From contig CAITNF010000006.1 in the NCBI GenBank assembly GCA_903893745.1, positions 34,995 through 98,994 on the forward strand: DNA of 64,000 nucleotides. The letters run 5' to 3'. Shown here piece by piece: positions 37,448 to 47,565 of the stretch. The notes below the pieces were generated by a model that saw nothing but the letters and a program-made list of their open reading frames with translations, searched no databases and was not told where the DNA came from. Position numbers and translations under genes: made by a program. Each line of letters begins with the position of its first letter. Position 1 is the first letter of the stretch. Origin of the DNA: an uncultured Actinomycetes bacterium. Its GTDB lineage: Bacteria > Actinomycetota > Acidimicrobiia > Acidimicrobiales > RAAP-2.

Positions 37448-38190
37448 CGGTGTCGGTCGAGCCACCCAAGCAATGTGGCAACCATCCGAGGGTCGGCTCG
37501 TAGTTGATGGCCCGCCCCTTGAATCAGTCGAAGTTCTGCGCGACCATCCGCCGCGGCGAGTAAATCTCGCGCATCGCTCGCGGGAATTTCGAGGTCATCG
37601 GTTCCGTGACCAATGAGCAAACGGCGAGGTGGGATTGCAGCCACCGCGCCCAAGGGATCAATCGAGAGCACGTCACGACGCAGCTCCTCGGCGGGAAGCA
37701 AATCATTCGCGTCACCGACCACCCCCGTAATTTGCACGGCTCGGTGAAACTCGTCGGCGCTGCCGCACCACGGCTCCAGGTGGGCTGGTGTCGCAAACGT
37801 TGCGACACCTCGTACTCGTTCATCGTTCGACGCCACCGCCAGAGCTAACGCGCCACCCAGACCAAATCCGGCTAGCGAAATACGGCGTTCGTCTTGATCA
37901 ACTCGGTCCAAGATGCGGCGCAAATCAGCCAGCCACTGCGTCGCACTAAAGGTACCGGTACTGCCCCCCACGCCAGCCAGCGTGCCGGTGACGACCACCC
38001 AGCCTGATTCATTGGCGAGGTGCTCGGCGAGCTCAGGAAGCAGCCCCGCGGCTTGGCGTCCCATGCCAATAGCCCGTGGTAACCCGTGCACGAGGACGAG
38101 TAGGTGACTGGCGATTGGACGAGTATTCGAGGTGGCAACTCGAAGATCGAGAAGAGCATTGCCGCTCTCGAGTTGCTCGTGGGAGAGCAC
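37444..38190 (-). CDS. Alpha/beta-fold hydrolase-like protein
   Basis: LVHG, GFGLGG nucleophile-elbow variant lacking Ser, HGTDD, GAGH. Confidence 0.7.
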   Translation of the reverse strand: MLSHEQLESGNALLDLRVATSNTRPIASHLLVLVHGLPRAIGMGRQAAGLLPELAEHLANESGWVVVTGTLAGVGGSTGTFSATQWLADLRRILDRVDQDERRISLAGFGLGGALALAVASNDERVRGVATFATPAHLEPWCGSADEFHRAVQITGVVGDANDLLPAEELRRDVLSIDPLGAVAAIPPRRLLIGHGTDDLEIPASDARDLLAAADGRAELRLIQGAGHQLRADPRMVATLLGWLDRHR

Positions 38191-38195
38191 GTGGC

Positions 38196-39314
38196 CTAAA
38201 TACCCAATCGTTCGGCGAGCAGTTCGCGGTGATAGGCCGGGTCACCCATGAAGAGCTCGGAGCTCTTTGCCCGCTTGAAGTAGAGATGGGCGTGGTGTTC
38301 CCAGGTAAAACCAATGCCACCATGGATCTGGATATTCTCGGCCGCACAGTGGAAGTACGCCTCGGAACAAAAAGATTTAGCGAGACTTGCGGCAATCGGC
38401 AACTCGTCATTTTGTTCTTGCGCCGCCCAGGCCGCGTAGTAAGCCGCAGACTTTGCTGACTCGACGTCGAGCAGCATGTCCGCGCACTTGTGTTTGATGG
38501 CCTGGAACGATCCGATTGGTCGGCCAAACTGAACTCGAGTCTTCGCGTACTCCACCGCATTGGTCAATACGCGTTGCGCCCCTCCGACCTGCTCCGCCGC
38601 CAAGGCGGCCACAGCAATCTGCATCGTGGTCTGGAGTCCGGCCAGGGCTTGACCCTCAGCACCAATCAATTCCGCTGGGGCATTGTCAAAACTAATTCGA
38701 CTTTGCTTGCGGGTTTGGTCCATAGTGGCCAACGCTTCACGATCTATCCCCGATGCGCCACCATGCACCGCAAAGAGCGAAAGGCCCTTCGCGGTGTGGG
38801 CCGGCACCAAGATGAGCGACGCTACGTTGCCGTCGGTCACGTAGTTGCATACGCCGTTCAGCGTCCACGAATCTCCAGAGGCTTCTGCACGAAGTGAAGT
38901 GGACGAAAGATCCCACTGGCCAGCGTCATCGGTTAACGCGACGGTCGCGATGGTGTCACCCGCGGCTATTCCCGGCAGGTGCTTCTGCTTATCTACTTCA
39001 GAGCCAACCAACAGCAGCGCGTTCGCGGCGAGCGCCACCGTCGAGAAATAGGGGCCGCAAAAGAGGGCCGCGCCCATCTCTTCAAACACGACGTAAAGCT
39101 CCACCGGGCCAAACCCTTGGCCACCGTACTCCTCGGGAATGCCGAGACCTTGCAGCGCCAGTTCATTGGCCATCATTGACCACACTGCGGGATCGTAGCC
39201 CTCAGCGCTAGCCATGAGACGACGCACTTCACTCTCGGGAGACTTCTCCTCGAGGAAACGCTTCACCATTTTTCGAAGCTCTTCTTGCTCGTCACTAAAG
39301 CCAAAATTCATCAT
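38196..39314 (-). CDS. Acyl-CoA dehydrogenase family protein
   Basis: GIPEEYGG, RVQFGRPIGSFQAIKH, QIHGGIGFTWEH. Confidence 0.92.
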   Translation of the reverse strand: MMNFGFSDEQEELRKMVKRFLEEKSPESEVRRLMASAEGYDPAVWSMMANELALQGLGIPEEYGGQGFGPVELYVVFEEMGAALFCGPYFSTVALAANALLLVGSEVDKQKHLPGIAAGDTIATVALTDDAGQWDLSSTSLRAEASGDSWTLNGVCNYVTDGNVASLILVPAHTAKGLSLFAVHGGASGIDREALATMDQTRKQSRISFDNAPAELIGAEGQALAGLQTTMQIAVAALAAEQVGGAQRVLTNAVEYAKTRVQFGRPIGSFQAIKHKCADMLLDVESAKSAAYYAAWAAQEQNDELPIAASLAKSFCSEAYFHCAAENIQIHGGIGFTWEHHAHLYFKRAKSSELFMGDPAYHRELLAERLGI

Positions 39315-39382
39315 CTTCCCTTTGTTCTTAGCGGGTAGCCACTACCATAACTGCGAGATTAGCGAAAGTTTCACCCTAGTGA

Positions 39383-40018
39383 ATGTGGCAGTCTGAGACC
39401 GTGGACAATGTCGAACTGATCTGGTCAAACGAGCTCTGCGACGTTCATCGATTCGTCGTCGGGCCCGTTGCCAATAACGTGTACGTCGCCCGGTGTCGGC
39501 GTACGGGCATCGCCACGTTGATTGATGCGGCGAACGAACACGACCGACTGGTGCGAGTGGCCAAGCATCTGGGTGTCCAGTCAGTCCTGGAGACTCACGG
39601 ACATTGGGACCATATTGGGGCAGTTGAGCAAGTTCGTGAAGCGGGCATTGACGTCTGGGTGCGGAGTGAAGATGCCGCCCTTCTGCCTAGTTACGACCAT
39701 TTACTGGATGATGACGTCGTGCACGCCTTTGGCGACCTGCGCCTGCGCACGCTGCACACGCCGGGTCACACCCCCGGATCAATCTCTTTTGCGCTTGAGG
39801 GAACGCCACTGCTCTTCACCGGTGACACGCTCTTTCCGGGCGGACCGGGCAATACCACCTTTGATGGTGGCGACTTCACCACCATTATTCGTTCGATTGA
39901 CGAACGCGTTTTTCGAGTCTTTGGGGACGAAACCATCATTCTGCCCGGCCACGGTGAGAGCTCCACTATTGGTATCGAACGACCTCATCTGGATGAATGG
40001 GTCAATCGGGGCTGGTAA
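39383..40018 (+). CDS. MBL-fold metallo-hydrolase
   Basis: THGHWDH, TPGHTPG, FTGDTLF, PGHG. Confidence 0.9.
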   Translation: MWQSETVDNVELIWSNELCDVHRFVVGPVANNVYVARCRRTGIATLIDAANEHDRLVRVAKHLGVQSVLETHGHWDHIGAVEQVREAGIDVWVRSEDAALLPSYDHLLDDDVVHAFGDLRLRTLHTPGHTPGSISFALEGTPLLFTGDTLFPGGPGNTTFDGGDFTTIIRSIDERVFRVFGDETIILPGHGESSTIGIERPHLDEWVNRGW

Positions 40019-40059
40019 AAGTCGGTCAAATCAGCACCATTCGCCGGTAGGCTTTGCGC

Positions 40060-40818
40060 GTGTCGCATCCTCTCTTGGAACTAAGAAATCTCCACGCGCA
40101 AGCCGACGACACACCGATTCTGCGCGGCATCGACTTAATCGTGCACGAAGGCGAAGTGCACGCCCTGATGGGGCCCAACGGTGCCGGTAAATCAACCCTC
40201 GCCAGTGTGGTCATGGGCCACCCCGGTTACACCATTACGGCTGGACAGATCCTGCTGCACGGTGAGGACATCTTGACCTGGAGCGCCGACCAGCGCGCGC
40301 GCGCCGGTATCTTTCTCGCCTTCCAGTATCCCGAAGCAATTAGTGGCGTTTCGGTCTTGCAGTTCCTTCGCCAAGCCATTGCCGCGCGAAAGGGTCTCGA
40401 AGAACTCAGCATTCTGGAAGTACGCCTCGATCTCGCCGAATGGATGGACCGACTCGGCATGGACCCTGCGTTCGCTGAGCGACACCTCAATGACGGTTTC
40501 TCGGGTGGGGAACGTAAACGCAATGAAGTCTTGCAAATGGCATTGTTAGAACCAGTAATCGCAATGCTCGACGAGACTGATTCGGGGCTCGACATCGACG
40601 CGCTGCGCGTTGTGGCGCGCGGAGTGCGCACCGTGCGTGACGAACACCCCTTGATGGGGGCAGTCGTGGTGACCCACTACGTCAAACTCCTCGAAGAGAT
40701 CCAGCCGGACCGCGTCCACATATTGGTCGATGGCCGAATTGTTCACACCGGTGGCCCCGAACTGGCCCAGCAAATTGAACTCGAAGGGTACGACGCGTGG
40801 CGTCCCGTGTCGGCCTAA
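40060..40818 (+). CDS. sufC: Fe-S assembly ATPase SufC (copy 1)
   Basis: GPNGAGKST, AFQYP, FSGGERKRNE, LDETDSGLD; start GTG from TAGGCT-N6. Confidence 0.92.
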   Translation: MSHPLLELRNLHAQADDTPILRGIDLIVHEGEVHALMGPNGAGKSTLASVVMGHPGYTITAGQILLHGEDILTWSADQRARAGIFLAFQYPEAISGVSVLQFLRQAIAARKGLEELSILEVRLDLAEWMDRLGMDPAFAERHLNDGFSGGERKRNEVLQMALLEPVIAMLDETDSGLDIDALRVVARGVRTVRDEHPLMGAVVVTHYVKLLEEIQPDRVHILVDGRIVHTGGPELAQQIELEGYDAWRPVSA

Positions 40819-42050
40819 CTTCGTTTGACCCGCGTCGGGTTCGTGCCGACGTACCCATGATGTCTCGCATGGTGCGAGGTCTTCCCCTCACCTACCTCGA
40901 TACCAGCGCCACCTCTCTACCACCACGTCCAGTTATTGAGGCCATGTCGCGGTACTACGAACTGCGACATTCCAACGTGCACCGTGGGGTCTATCTCACG
41001 GCCGAAGAGTCGACCGCCGTGTACGAAGGCGCGCGAAAAGACGTCGGGACCTTCATCAATGCGCCCAACGGTGTCAACGAAGTCGTCTTCACCAAAAATG
41101 CGACCGAGTCGTTCAACCTCTTGGCTAAATCCTGGGGTGCTGCCAACCTAAAACCCGGTGACGCAGTGGTGCTCTCGGTGATGGAGCACCACGCCAATAT
41201 CGTTCCCTGGTTTCAACTTCGTGATCAGATTGGGATTGAAATTAGATTCATTCCCGTTGGTGACGACTATCGCCTCGATCTCAACTCGCTGGACGAACTC
41301 TTAGATGGTGCGAAACTCTTGTCGGTTACTGGCATGTCCAATGTCTTGGGCACCATTAACCCAATTAAGCAACTCGCCCAAGCCGCGCACGACCACGGGG
41401 CCCTCATGGCTATTGACGCCGCCCAGACCATTGCCCACTCCCCCGTTGACGTCGGGGACCTTGGCGTTGATTTTCTGGCATTCTCGGCTCACAAGATGTT
41501 GGGACCCACCGGGATTGGTGTGCTCTGGGCTCGAGAAGAGATTCTGGCAAACATGCCGCCTTTTCTCGGCGGTGGTGGAATGATCGCCGACGTCCGATTA
41601 GATGGCTTCACTCCGACCTCCGGTCCCGCCCGATTTGAAGCCGGTACCCCACCAATCGCCGAAGCGGCCGGACTGAGCGCCGCCGTTCGCTATCTTTCGA
41701 ATTTAGGTATGGCCAACGTGGCGCAGTACGAGCACGATTTAACGCTCGACGCGCTCACCCGGCTCCACGAAACGTTCCACGGCCAAGTACGTGTTATCGG
41801 TCCGAACTCGGTGACTGATCGTGGCGGGGTGATTAGTTTGGACGTCGAGGGCGTCCACGCCCACGACATCGCACAGGTACTTGATGAATTTGGCGTCTGC
41901 GTGCGACCTGGACACCACTGCGCGAAGCCACTGATGCGTCGCTTTGGTCTCTCGGCGACGGCGCGAGCTTCCTTTGGACCCTACTCACTCACCCAAGACA
42001 CTGACGTCCTCTTAGAAGCTCTCGCGCACGCCATAAAGTTATTCGGATAA
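40797..42050 (+). CDS. sufS: Cysteine desulfurase SufS
   Basis: YLDTSATS, SNVHRG, FSAHKMLGP, RPGHHCA; start uncertain. Confidence 0.93.
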   Translation: MASRVGLTSFDPRRVRADVPMMSRMVRGLPLTYLDTSATSLPPRPVIEAMSRYYELRHSNVHRGVYLTAEESTAVYEGARKDVGTFINAPNGVNEVVFTKNATESFNLLAKSWGAANLKPGDAVVLSVMEHHANIVPWFQLRDQIGIEIRFIPVGDDYRLDLNSLDELLDGAKLLSVTGMSNVLGTINPIKQLAQAAHDHGALMAIDAAQTIAHSPVDVGDLGVDFLAFSAHKMLGPTGIGVLWAREEILANMPPFLGGGGMIADVRLDGFTPTSGPARFEAGTPPIAEAAGLSAAVRYLSNLGMANVAQYEHDLTLDALTRLHETFHGQVRVIGPNSVTDRGGVISLDVEGVHAHDIAQVLDEFGVCVRPGHHCAKPLMRRFGLSATARASFGPYSLTQDTDVLLEALAHAIKLFG

Positions 42051-42054
42051 TCTC

Positions 42055-42513
42055 ATGTCCAATCTCGACGATCTCTACCGCGAAATAATTCTGGATCACT
42101 ACCGTTCCCCTCGAAATCGAGGTGAACTGCCGTCACCACCGGCCATCCGATCCGAGGGGTTCAATCCGCTCTGCGGTGACGAATTGGTCATCTGCGTCGA
42201 AGTGCAAGATGGAGTGTTGACCAACATAAAAATCTCCGGTCAAGGGTGCTCAATCTCTCAGGCCTCCTCGTCACTAATGAGCACCGTCGTCAAGGGAAAG
42301 ACCCTGGAGCAGATTGATGAGACCATCAACACCTTCAAGCAGTTGATGACGGTGCACGAGTCGACGCTGCAGCACGGCGACGAACCCGCCAAAATCGATC
42401 TGCGGGCTCTCGGTGAGTTAGCGGCGTTACAGGGTGTGGTGAATTTTCCCGTCCGTATCAAGTGCGCAACGCTGGCCTGGAATACACTTCGCCAAGCACT
42501 CGACGAAGCCTAA
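42055..42513 (+). CDS. sufU: SufU (NifU-like) protein
   Basis: LYREIILDHY, NPLCGD, GCSISQAS, RIKCATLAW. Confidence 0.93.
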   Translation: MSNLDDLYREIILDHYRSPRNRGELPSPPAIRSEGFNPLCGDELVICVEVQDGVLTNIKISGQGCSISQASSSLMSTVVKGKTLEQIDETINTFKQLMTVHESTLQHGDEPAKIDLRALGELAALQGVVNFPVRIKCATLAWNTLRQALDEA

Positions 42514-42522
42514 GCAGTTTCG

Positions 42523-43917
42523 CTACTTCGCGCAGGGAACTGGATCAAACGTTGGTGAAGCAGGCGAAGGGTTGGTCGTCGTCGTCGTCGTCGGATGCTT
42601 TTTCTTCGTCGACGTTGACGTTGACGTAGCACTAGCGGTAGTGCTGGTCGTCGGCGCGATTACCGGTGGCATAGGTGTTGCGAAGGATTGGTTCGGTGGT
42701 GGATTGGTAGGAGCAATGAGATCAGCTCCAAATATATTGACCATCAATCGCTGGGCCGCTGGCTGATTCACGAACAAGAGATCCTGACCATGAACGGTGG
42801 CTCCGGTGGTCGGCATAGTGAAGGACTGCATCGCCGCGGGGTTAAAGCTGTGGAAACGATAGGCCAGTCCAATGAGCTCGTTAAAGGTGAAATTGTGGTC
42901 AATCTTGATTCCGTCAGGAAGCTTCTCGAGGAACGAGTTAATTGTTAACGGGTTGTAGAGCCCCTTAACTCGACTGATCATTGCGCGAATGAAAGCGTTC
43001 TGACGGTCAATCCGCCCGTAGTCACTTGTGCCGTCATAGATCCATCCGAGCGCCGCTAACTGTCCGTAGGACATGTTGATTGCGTTCTTGGGCCACACCC
43101 CATTGTGTTTCACGTTGTAGTAAAAATGGCGACTCCGCGCGACCGCGAGGGCCTGAAAACCGTTTACCAGCTGGCATCCCGCGTGTTTGATCCGCAGTCC
43201 CGAGTAGGAATCGTGCGCCGGGTAGGGAAAATCTAAGCGAACGCCGCCGATCGCTTCAGCAGCGTTGATCAAACCAGCGAAGTTGACTTGGATGACGTGA
43301 TTAATTGGGATACCAAAATTCGCCGTGATGGTTTGAACCAGTAGTGACGGGTCTTCTTTTTTCGAATAGTTCACATTGATTCGGTTGAATTTTCCGTAAA
43401 GCCCCTGGTTAGCTAACAGCGTTACGGTCGTGTCGCGCGGAATTGACAGCACCGTAATCGTTCGAGCAGTCGGGTCAACGTGCATAATTTTTACAACGTC
43501 ACTGCGCTGTCCCGTCGCTTGTCCCGTACTCGCCCCCGTCCGCTTAGCCAGGATTCCCGTAAGGCCAACTCGTGAGTCGGAACCCACTTCAAGGATGTTG
43601 AAGGGTTTTCCCGAAATTACCGGAATTTCATTCGCCACCTTGATCTTGTGAATAAGGCTAAATCGATAAATACCGTAGAAATAACCACCGCCGATGAACA
43701 GGGCCAGCAGTCCTACGACCACTATCGCCGAGATGATGGCTACGCGCTTGCGGCGCTTGCGACCCTTAGCTTTAGGCTCCTTACGCTTAACGCCAGAACG
43801 TCGATCGACTGCTTCGCCCAATGCCAGTAGGCGCTGTTCATTCGCGAGTGCGCGCTTCTTGGCTTCTTCGGATTTGTTGGAACGCCCCCGCGGAGCACTG
43901 TGACGTCCTTCAACCAT
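42523..43917 (-). CDS. LCP (LytR-CpsA-Psr) family protein with Thr-rich tail
   Basis: One TM, GSDSR, RSD, SIPRDT, ARSRH, DYGRIDRQ. Confidence 0.9.
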   Translation of the reverse strand: MVEGRHSAPRGRSNKSEEAKKRALANEQRLLALGEAVDRRSGVKRKEPKAKGRKRRKRVAIISAIVVVGLLALFIGGGYFYGIYRFSLIHKIKVANEIPVISGKPFNILEVGSDSRVGLTGILAKRTGASTGQATGQRSDVVKIMHVDPTARTITVLSIPRDTTVTLLANQGLYGKFNRINVNYSKKEDPSLLVQTITANFGIPINHVIQVNFAGLINAAEAIGGVRLDFPYPAHDSYSGLRIKHAGCQLVNGFQALAVARSRHFYYNVKHNGVWPKNAINMSYGQLAALGWIYDGTSDYGRIDRQNAFIRAMISRVKGLYNPLTINSFLEKLPDGIKIDHNFTFNELIGLAYRFHSFNPAAMQSFTMPTTGATVHGQDLLFVNQPAAQRLMVNIFGADLIAPTNPPPNQSFATPMPPVIAPTTSTTASATSTSTSTKKKHPTTTTTTNPSPASPTFDPVPCAK

Positions 43918-43953
43918 TCGTCCAGCCTACCAATCGAGATTAAGGGGTGGGAG

Positions 43954-44679
43954 TCAGTGACGTGGAGAACGGAACGGTTCGTACCCGTCGCGCTCCAACA
44001 CATCGGCCAGCTCAGGGCCACCAGTGGCCACGACTTTTCCGCCACTGACCACGTGAATTTTCGTTGGCGTCATCTCATTGAGTAAACGTCGGAAGTGAGT
44101 AATGGCCAGTACGCCACATCCCCACTCGGTGGTCGCTGCCGAAAGACGACGGGCAACTGCTCCAAGCGCATCAACGTCCAGACCGGAGTCAATCTCGTCA
44201 AGAATGGCAAACTTAGGTTTCAGCACACCCAGTTGGACCATCTCGGCGCGCTTGCGCTCACCACCAGATAAATCAACGTTCACAAATCGGTCCAGCACCT
44301 CAGGTCGCAACTCAACTCGAATCGCTTCGCCGCGCATAGCGTCGGCGAGTCCATTGCGTGCTACACCAGCGGCTGCGAGCAGATCGATTGGTCGTACCCC
44401 GGGAACTTCCAGTGGTTGTTGCAGCGCTAGCAAGAGACCAAGTCGTGCTCGCTCCGAAGGTTCAAGGGTCAGAAGTTCGGTGCCATCGATGGTGACCGAA
44501 CCTTCGAGTACTTTGTAACCTGGCCGTCCACTAATTGCGTGGGCCAACGTTGATTTACCCGAACCATTCGGCCCCATAATTACGTGCACTTCACCCGAAT
44601 TCATGGTGAGATCAAAGCCGGTGAGAACTTCTTGACCAGCAACCTCGACTCGGAGTCCTTGAATACGCAGTGTTGACAT
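43954..44679 (-). CDS. sufC: Fe-S assembly ATPase SufC (copy 2)
   Basis: GPNGSGKST, LSGGERKRAE, LDEIDSGLD, ITH; start ATG 44679. Confidence 0.88.
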   Translation of the reverse strand: MSTLRIQGLRVEVAGQEVLTGFDLTMNSGEVHVIMGPNGSGKSTLAHAISGRPGYKVLEGSVTIDGTELLTLEPSERARLGLLLALQQPLEVPGVRPIDLLAAAGVARNGLADAMRGEAIRVELRPEVLDRFVNVDLSGGERKRAEMVQLGVLKPKFAILDEIDSGLDVDALGAVARRLSAATTEWGCGVLAITHFRRLLNEMTPTKIHVVSGGKVVATGGPELADVLERDGYEPFRSPRH

Positions 44680-44993
44680 TACGGCACCACCACTTCGAGT
44701 CGTCCGTCGTGCTGCACTACGTCGTAGTGAGCAACCGGTCGAGTCGCGGGGAATGACGCCGGAGTCCCATCGGTCAGGCGAAACATTGCGCCGTGGCGAG
44801 CACACTCAATTTCGAGCGTCTCGACGTCAACTTCACCTTCGGCCAGGCTGAAATCTTCGTGGCTGCAGCGATCGTCGAGAATGTAGACGTCCTCTTCAAT
44901 TCGAACCACCACCAACACCCGTCCGCCAACACGAACTTGGCGCGGCTGGCCACTTACGAATTCGTCGAGAGCTCCAATATCGAGTTTCGTCAT
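44679..44993 (-). CDS. Rieske-type ferredoxin
   Basis: CSH...CARHG Rieske ligands; between sufD and sufC2. Confidence 0.9.
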   Translation of the reverse strand: MTKLDIGALDEFVSGQPRQVRVGGRVLVVVRIEEDVYILDDRCSHEDFSLAEGEVDVETLEIECARHGAMFRLTDGTPASFPATRPVAHYDVVQHDGRLEVVVP

Positions 44994-46231
44994 GGGGCTA
45001 CCACATTTAATGATGCGAGCACCGTCGTAATGTCAGCCTCAACGAGTTCTGCGAAATCGGATGGCAGCGCGGTCAGCATCTCATTGAAAAAACCTTGGAT
45101 CATGAGGCGCTCCGCGTCTTCACGGCGCACACCTCGTGACTCGAGATACCAGCGCTGCATCTCGTCAAGTGGTCCAACGCTCGAAGCGTGCGCGCACATT
45201 ACGTCATTTTCACGTATCTCCAAATTGGGAACGCTATCGGCATGAGCGAGTGGTGAGAGAAGGAGATTGTGGTTCGTTTGACGAGCATTCGTGCGTTTCG
45301 CACCCTTCTCAATTTCTATCAGTCCCGTGTAGACCGACCTTGAACTATCCGCGACGGCACCCTTCGAGAGCAGCGTGGACTGTGTACGCGCTGCCACATG
45401 GAATTGGTGGGTTCGAAAATCGTGCACCTGGTCTGACGAACCTAAGAAGGTTGTCCGCAACTCATTTTCCGCACCAGTACCAAGAAACTCTGCGTCGTTC
45501 CGAGAGCGGTTGTAGTGGCCGCCAAGACCAATAACTGCTTGACGGAGTCGGGCATCACGTTGTAAGAAGCCGGTAGTTCGCGCAACGTGCCACGCCGTCG
45601 CGGCCAATCGCTGATAGGTGATGAGTTGTAGTTGAGCGTTGTCCGCAACTCGGTATTCGCTCAGCGGCACGACGAGCGCGTCATGGCCACCTTCAAAGTA
45701 CTCAACGACGGTGACGCTCGACCCTCGACCAACGTCGATTTGAGTGCGAGCGAACGATGACTTTCCATTCGTGATCTGCAGGACCAAAATTGGTCGTTCA
45801 ATTACCACTCCCGGATCAACGGTGATCACCGTGGTCGCTGGCGTTAACGCACCGTTCAAAAGGGCGAAGGTATCGACTTCGTAGCGCGCGAAGAAGGAGT
45901 CGCCACCGAGCGACTCGGTCTCATTCGACGTCGAGACGCTCACACCGGCTAACGACTGGCCACTATCGAGACAGTGGCCATCAATGACTCGAATAACCAG
46001 TCCCGCCCGAGCGCACAGCTGCGAGGCGAACTCCGAGTCAGTAACGCTAAGCGGCCGAGTCGAAACGTTGTATTGATCGAGGTCAAGGTCGTTAAGTGGC
46101 GCGTAACGCCAGACCTCATCGGTGGTGGTGGGAAGGCCCATTTCACAAAAGGCGGCCCAGGAAACTTGGCGCGTGGCCGTGTCCGACTGGTCGGCAATAT
46201 ACGAGGAGGCTGCATCAGCGAAGGAGGTCAT
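44990..46231 (-). CDS. sufD: Fe-S assembly protein SufD
   Basis: EVWRYAPL, SRSVYTGLIEIEKGA, ADSVPNLEI, CAHASSVGPL. Confidence 0.9.
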   Translation of the reverse strand: MTSFADAASSYIADQSDTATRQVSWAAFCEMGLPTTTDEVWRYAPLNDLDLDQYNVSTRPLSVTDSEFASQLCARAGLVIRVIDGHCLDSGQSLAGVSVSTSNETESLGGDSFFARYEVDTFALLNGALTPATTVITVDPGVVIERPILVLQITNGKSSFARTQIDVGRGSSVTVVEYFEGGHDALVVPLSEYRVADNAQLQLITYQRLAATAWHVARTTGFLQRDARLRQAVIGLGGHYNRSRNDAEFLGTGAENELRTTFLGSSDQVHDFRTHQFHVAARTQSTLLSKGAVADSSRSVYTGLIEIEKGAKRTNARQTNHNLLLSPLAHADSVPNLEIRENDVMCAHASSVGPLDEMQRWYLESRGVRREDAERLMIQGFFNEMLTALPSDFAELVEADITTVLASLNVVAP

Positions 46232-46312
46232 AAAGGCTTGCTTAGGCAGTGTACCGGTGAAGTTGGGTAAAACTGCCGCCAGTTCTAGGCTGTACGCACC
46301 GAAGGGGGTTTC

Positions 46313-47143
46313 GTGCTTTTCACATCCAAAGTCCTATCGTTAGAAATCGACGGCTCAGTCGCCACACTCTGGCTCGACCGTGAAGAGGCACGTAACGCCA
46401 TGGGGAGCGCTCTCTGGCACGATTTGCCCCTGGCCGTCGCCACAGTTGCGAGCGATACCAGCGTCCGTGTGCTCGTCGTAGCGGCCAAAGGACCTCACTT
46501 CACGGTGGGCCTCGATTTGAAGGAGATGGGTGAACGACTCGTGTCGAGCGGCCACGAGGCGAAATCCAAGGCGTCATCGAATGCGGTGACATTCCAAGCC
46601 GTCACCACAATGCAAAAATCAATCACTGCGCTCGCTGAACTGCCCATTCCCGTGATTGCCGCGGTGCACGGCTACTGCATTGGTGGCGGCGTTGATCTCA
46701 TTACCGCGTGCGATATTCGACTCTGCAGTGCCAACGCAATTTTCTCCGTCCGCGAAGCAAAGGTGGCGATTGTCGCTGATTTGGGAACACTCCAACGGCT
46801 TCCTCGAATCATCGGCGCCGGCCACGTGGCAGAATTAGCGCTCACGGGCAAGGACATCACTGCACAAAGGGCGAGTCAGATCGGCCTGGTTAATTCAGTC
46901 CATGGGGAAAGCGCTCATGATGTTCTTGAGGCAGCTTACGAAATGGCCCGAGAAATCGCCGCCAATTCACCCCTCGCGGTGCGCGGCACCAAGGCCGTCC
47001 TCGCGGCCAACGATGGTCGAACCGTAAATGAAGGTCTCGAATTCGTCGCTCGATGGAACACGATGTATCTACAGTCCAACGACCTCGTCGAAGCTATGAC
47101 TGCCTTCTTGGAGCGACGCGCTCCGCATTTCACGGGAGAGTAA
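46313..47143 (+). CDS. Enoyl-CoA hydratase/isomerase family protein
   Basis: FTVGLDL, HGYCIGGG, ADLGTLQRLP. Confidence 0.9.
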   Translation: MLFTSKVLSLEIDGSVATLWLDREEARNAMGSALWHDLPLAVATVASDTSVRVLVVAAKGPHFTVGLDLKEMGERLVSSGHEAKSKASSNAVTFQAVTTMQKSITALAELPIPVIAAVHGYCIGGGVDLITACDIRLCSANAIFSVREAKVAIVADLGTLQRLPRIIGAGHVAELALTGKDITAQRASQIGLVNSVHGESAHDVLEAAYEMAREIAANSPLAVRGTKAVLAANDGRTVNEGLEFVARWNTMYLQSNDLVEAMTAFLERRAPHFTGE

Positions 47144-47494
47144 CTAACGGCGCCAGAATCGCCAGCCGCGTCCCTTTTTCTCTAAATCTTCTAGTTCACG
47201 GCGCCGTTCTTCAATCATCTGCGGCGCGACCGCATTCACAATTTCATCGGCCATATTGAGAAACTCGCGGCGCTCATCAACGGGAACGTCGACGGGAGGC
47301 TGCTCACCTTTGCTGCGATCAACGAGCGAGCCGTGCGACCATCCCACATCAGCGAATCGGCGTTCGTAGGTCACACAGTCAGCAGGACAGGCCCACGGTT
47401 GATCGGGGGCATTGCCCAGTACGCAGAACCTCGCAACTTCACCTGATGCGTAGGTCCGACTCTGGAAGTGCTTGCACTCTTCGCGCATGGCCAT
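47144..47494 (-). CDS. Hypothetical protein with four N-terminal Cys
   Basis: C-x16-C-x11-C-x3-C, then helical/basic tail; co-oriented downstream of sufB; start 47494 or 47509. Confidence 0.7.
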   Translation of the reverse strand: MAMREECKHFQSRTYASGEVARFCVLGNAPDQPWACPADCVTYERRFADVGWSHGSLVDRSKGEQPPVDVPVDERREFLNMADEIVNAVAPQMIEERRRELEDLEKKGRGWRFWRR

Positions 47495-47565
47495 AGGCCA
47501 TTCTCCCACGTGGAGACCTCTCGGTGCGAAAACCTTTGGTGACCCTTAAAACGGGTCACTCACCT

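Noticed and set aside
42570-42660. GTC/GACGTT tandem repeats
   Set aside because: They encode the Thr/Ser-rich LCP tail; low complexity, not an array or CRISPR
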